NCBI RefSeq assembly: GCF_009914755.1
Contig: NC_060927.1
DNA from: the human T2T-CHM13v2.0 reference genome, Homo sapiens
Direction: 5' to 3' (one strand)
Length of the DNA stretch: 64,000 bases
Part shown: piece after piece, positions 60,366 to 64,000 of the stretch
Numbering within the stretch: the first letter of the stretch is position 1
Layout: every line of letters begins with the position of its first letter
Translations under genes and position numbers: made by a program
The notes under the pieces: generated by a model
What the model was told of the DNA's origin: nothing
The model's input: only the letters and a program-made list of their open reading frames with translations
The model's database searches: none

Positions 60366-62741
60366 TTTGACAGCTGCCTTCTCTTAAAAGTTTCCAGAGC
60401 AGAAGCTGCTGACCTGCTCCCAACTCCTGTTTTGCAGATGAACTCCTCGGCAGACATATTTTTTCTTTTCTATCTGAAGCCTAAAGGATTCCACATATAT
60501 TAAACAAACATAAGGAGGGGGCACCAATGTCTTAAACATGGTGATCTACTTCCCTGTGACTTCAATAAATACTGAAATCTTATCCCAATATTCTGAAAAG
60601 AGAAGACAGAAAGATTCTCTTAGGAAAATGAGCAGCAGGGCACCATATATTCTCTCAAAATGCCAACCCCATTAGCCTTTCTCCCTGATTGAATCCAGTT
60701 TTTCTCTAATCTCATTAGTCCCAGGTGCCATGCCTGGAGTCTGAGGCCTCATCCATCCCACAACTATCTATGTAAGCCCTGATCCAACCATCCCCATAAA
60801 TGAGACACCACAGAATGTAAGGAGATCAGAAACTCAATGCTTTTGCCTTAAGTGCTTTGAAAATTAAAACAGAAAAAAAGGCAAATTTTCCCCACATATC
60901 TGAAGCCCTATTTTGAAAACCATTTTAAAAACTTGGATTGATGATAACTTCTGAGCTGTTCTCTAAGGAAAAATAGTAATAGCAACAATAGCAAAGATAA
61001 TAAGATAAAAAAATTGCTTTAAATTATTTTAAGCAAGGAAAAAAGAATCCCAGCAGCTTTTTGTCTCTTCCCCTTGCCACTTTTCCTCTCAGTCTCACCA
61101 GGTACCTTGAATTCCTATGTAAACATCAATTTTAAGTGTGCAGAGATGCCACCCTTTGAGATGGAAGGTCTCAGTGTAGAAAGCAAATGTATTAAATTAC
61201 CAAGCAGAATAGAAAACAAGGAGTCTGCCTTTCACACTCTTAAATCTCTCTCCAGTGTGCCAGAAATTCTTTCAAGATAGCTTCAAAACACAACAGCTTG
61301 TGAGGGAGCTGCATGGCCGCTAGCCATCACAGTTTGGCATCCAGTCCAGCCTGTGACCATTCTCGACCCATCCTCACCTAGAGACTTCAGGGTTTTAGAG
61401 TCACCTGTAAAGGTGGATTTTCACCTCCTCAAGGCTCTTGTATGCCAGCTGCTTCCCCCAAATTGTTGAATCAGACATTTCTGGTTCCCAAATCCCTTCC
61501 AAAAGATATGGAAAATGGATATAAAATATGCGTGCAGATCCAGAAAAAGGCTCCACCTCTGTCTCCTCTGAATCATGGGGACTTTGTGAAATTTATTGCC
61601 CACAAGGGACAAAAGAGCAAAACAGATGGTGAGATTTCATGCTGTTTTTGGAGAGTTAAAAATATCATCAATCATGTAGTTAGAAATTGGCAGTAACTGG
61701 ATTTTTGTTATTCCATAATTTATACCACACAGAAAGTTTTATATGCAAAAGAGCACAGATGAACCACCTGAAGTAGATATTGTTGATTTCTAGCTGCCCA
61801 GTGTATTGGTAGAACCCCGAAACTTCATTCTCAGTTTCCCTTGTAGCTGTAACCGCAGCATCCTGAGTTCCTCCAGTCAGACACATTCACTATGACACCT
61901 CAATTTGGGAGTGAGCAACTTGAGAAGGAAGTGCCGTATAGACTCCATGGGAGGGTGGCGTGCAGAGGCCTCCAGCTTCTAGGGTGGCCACAGGTGTGAG
62001 CCTGAGCTTTGTCCCAGGAGTGACACTGATGGATGGCAAGAGCAGTGGTCTTTCTCTCCTCACCAGGTCAGTTCTGCTGTGGAGTTTTGGACATTGTTCC
62101 TGGAAGCTGAGCTTGGATGTGGATTTCCATTCTCCGAATGATTCTGTGAAATGGACAATATTATTTTCGTAAACTTCTTTTCTGCTTTACAAACCAGAGG
62201 CAACTTCTGTTGCTTACAATTAAGAATCTCAACTAACATAACACATGGCTTTCATTCATGCATATTGGACATGAAAAAATACTTTGATTTATCCTGTCTG
62301 GATGAAGCCATGGATACATTTAACCAGACAAAAGAGGTCTAAGATGCCAACATTTCTTCTAGGGTAGGGAGATCTTTGAACTCCCAGAGATCCTGCTCAG
62401 GCCTTTGAAGGAACCTGCAATAAGGTGACTGACATGGGTCAAGAGCCCTCAAAACCTTCTCTCTGAGATGGAGCAATATACTCAAAATATCTCATGTGCC
62501 CCAAATCTGGAGAATGGATGAGCCAAGGAGATATTATTTTAGACATTTGAGCTGTTTCTCATTATCTTTCTTTAAATCATGCAGGCACTACTCAAATAAT
62601 TATGCATTAATTATGTTTGATGTGGTTGCTTCTTCTATATAAGATTGAAAGGCCTATCTCTGTGTGTGAAGAAGGAGGAGGATGGAACAGATGCCCAGCA
62701 TCTGATGAGATGCTTGGGGAAGAATGTGGTGAGCTGGATAC

Positions 62742-63655
62742 TTTTATTTTCTCAGTAAAAATTGTGAAATGTAGCACACATACAGAAAAGTATATAAAAT
62801 GTATATGACTTTTAAAGGATTATAATGAAGTGAACACACATATTACCATTGTTGTAATGAGACCAAAGAATATTACCATCTACAAGCCGCATGTCTGACT
62901 CTGGTGGTGTTTCCCCTTCCTCCCCTTTTAGAAGTAACCATTTTCCTAACTTTTGTGATAACTATTATTTTGCTTTCCTTTATAGTTTATCATCTACATA
63001 TGCATCCCTAAAAATATTGTTCAGTTTTTTCTGCTTTTAAACTTTACATAAATATACTATATGTATCCCTTTGTGTTTTTCCTTTTGCAAAACACTGTGG
63101 TAGTGAAATTTGTTCATATTGTTGCATGTGGTTGCACTTCATTCATTTTCACTGTTGTGAGGTATTTTATTGTGTGAATACCTTGTTATTTACTTATCCG
63201 TTCTACTGTTGATGAACGTATGGATGGTTTCTAATACTTAAAGTTTGCAAATAATGTTGCCGTGAACATTTCGAGTGCATCTCCTATGGTACACATACAT
63301 GTATTTTTGTACATATAAACCTCACAGTGGGGTTGTAGGATTATAGGATAGGGACATTTTAAATATTTCTGAGTAATACTATACTATTTTTCAAATGGTT
63401 GTATCAATTTACAGTTTTGGCAGAGAGAATTCCCACCTTCTCCCCCACACTTGTTGATGTTTGTCATCTTGTAGCTTTATAACAGTATCTAAGGGCGGTT
63501 TTTAGTTGCATTTTTCCTGATAATATATATTAGTGAGGCTTAGTATATATTTTTATTTATTAAGTTATTGGTAGCTAATTGGTTTCTTAGTAATTTGAGG
63601 TGTCTCTGAAGTACGTTTTAAAGTCTTTTATCAATTTCCCTGTTGGGTTTTTATT
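62742..63655 (-). mobile_element. L1ME/L1MC-type 3' end
   Basis: cacatacagaaaagtatataaa; gttgcatgtggttgcacttcattcattttcactg; ttctactgttgatgaac. Confidence 0.75.
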
Positions 63656-63815
63656 GTCTTAGCCCAGGTTGCTCAGAGAGCAAAACTTGCAGCAAATGAA
63701 TGTGCACTAGTTCTTTGTCTTGGAGCATCCTTGGAGATGCTGGAGTATGAGGAGAGAAGAGTGAGGCCTGGGGAGGGTGAAGGCACATCTAACATGGGTG
63801 AGGGTGTTTTGCTAC
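63656..63815 (+). mobile_element. LTR33/LTR16-like ERVL LTR fragment
   Basis: tgtcttagcccaggttgctcagagagc...gagaagagtgaggcctggggaggg. Confidence 0.5.
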
Positions 63816-64000
63816 CACAGTTTACTTTTTCTGCTTAAACAATAGATATTTAGTTATAATAACTTAATAACCATCTATAATATTTCATTAGAAGTGTACC
63901 ATATTTTTATTAAGATAACACAGTACGGTAAAGGTGTCAATTTCTACTAAATCCACTCAAATTTGACCTTATTTTCAAGAGAAACCAATGAGGATTTTTT

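Overview
AT-rich primate (human-like) genomic DNA that is intergenic or deep intronic and dominated by interspersed repeats. No intact protein-coding gene, RNA gene or CpG island can be supported. The main features are: (1) a processed EIF3K pseudogene (~8187-9250, +) split near its 3' end by an AluSc; (2) a nearly full-length but disabled L1PA6-like LINE-1 (19187-25339, +) with a 16-bp target-site duplication (TSD); (3) a 5'-inverted old L1MA sitting in an L2 and hosting a Tigger; (4) about a dozen Alus including an AluYd-type copy; and (5) many L1M, L2, MIR, MaLR/ERVL LTR and DNA-transposon remnants. Subfamily names come from recalled consensus sequences and need RepeatMasker confirmation. 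The most interesting unexplained structures are an 84-nt L2-derived near-perfect hairpin at 49930-50013, a largely non-repetitive block at ~36.9-38.2 kb with STAT/NF-kB motifs, retained CpGs and a well-formed non-coding exon candidate, and a triple stem-loop cluster at 52362-52478. I do not see convincing evidence of a new biological system; these are testable candidates only.
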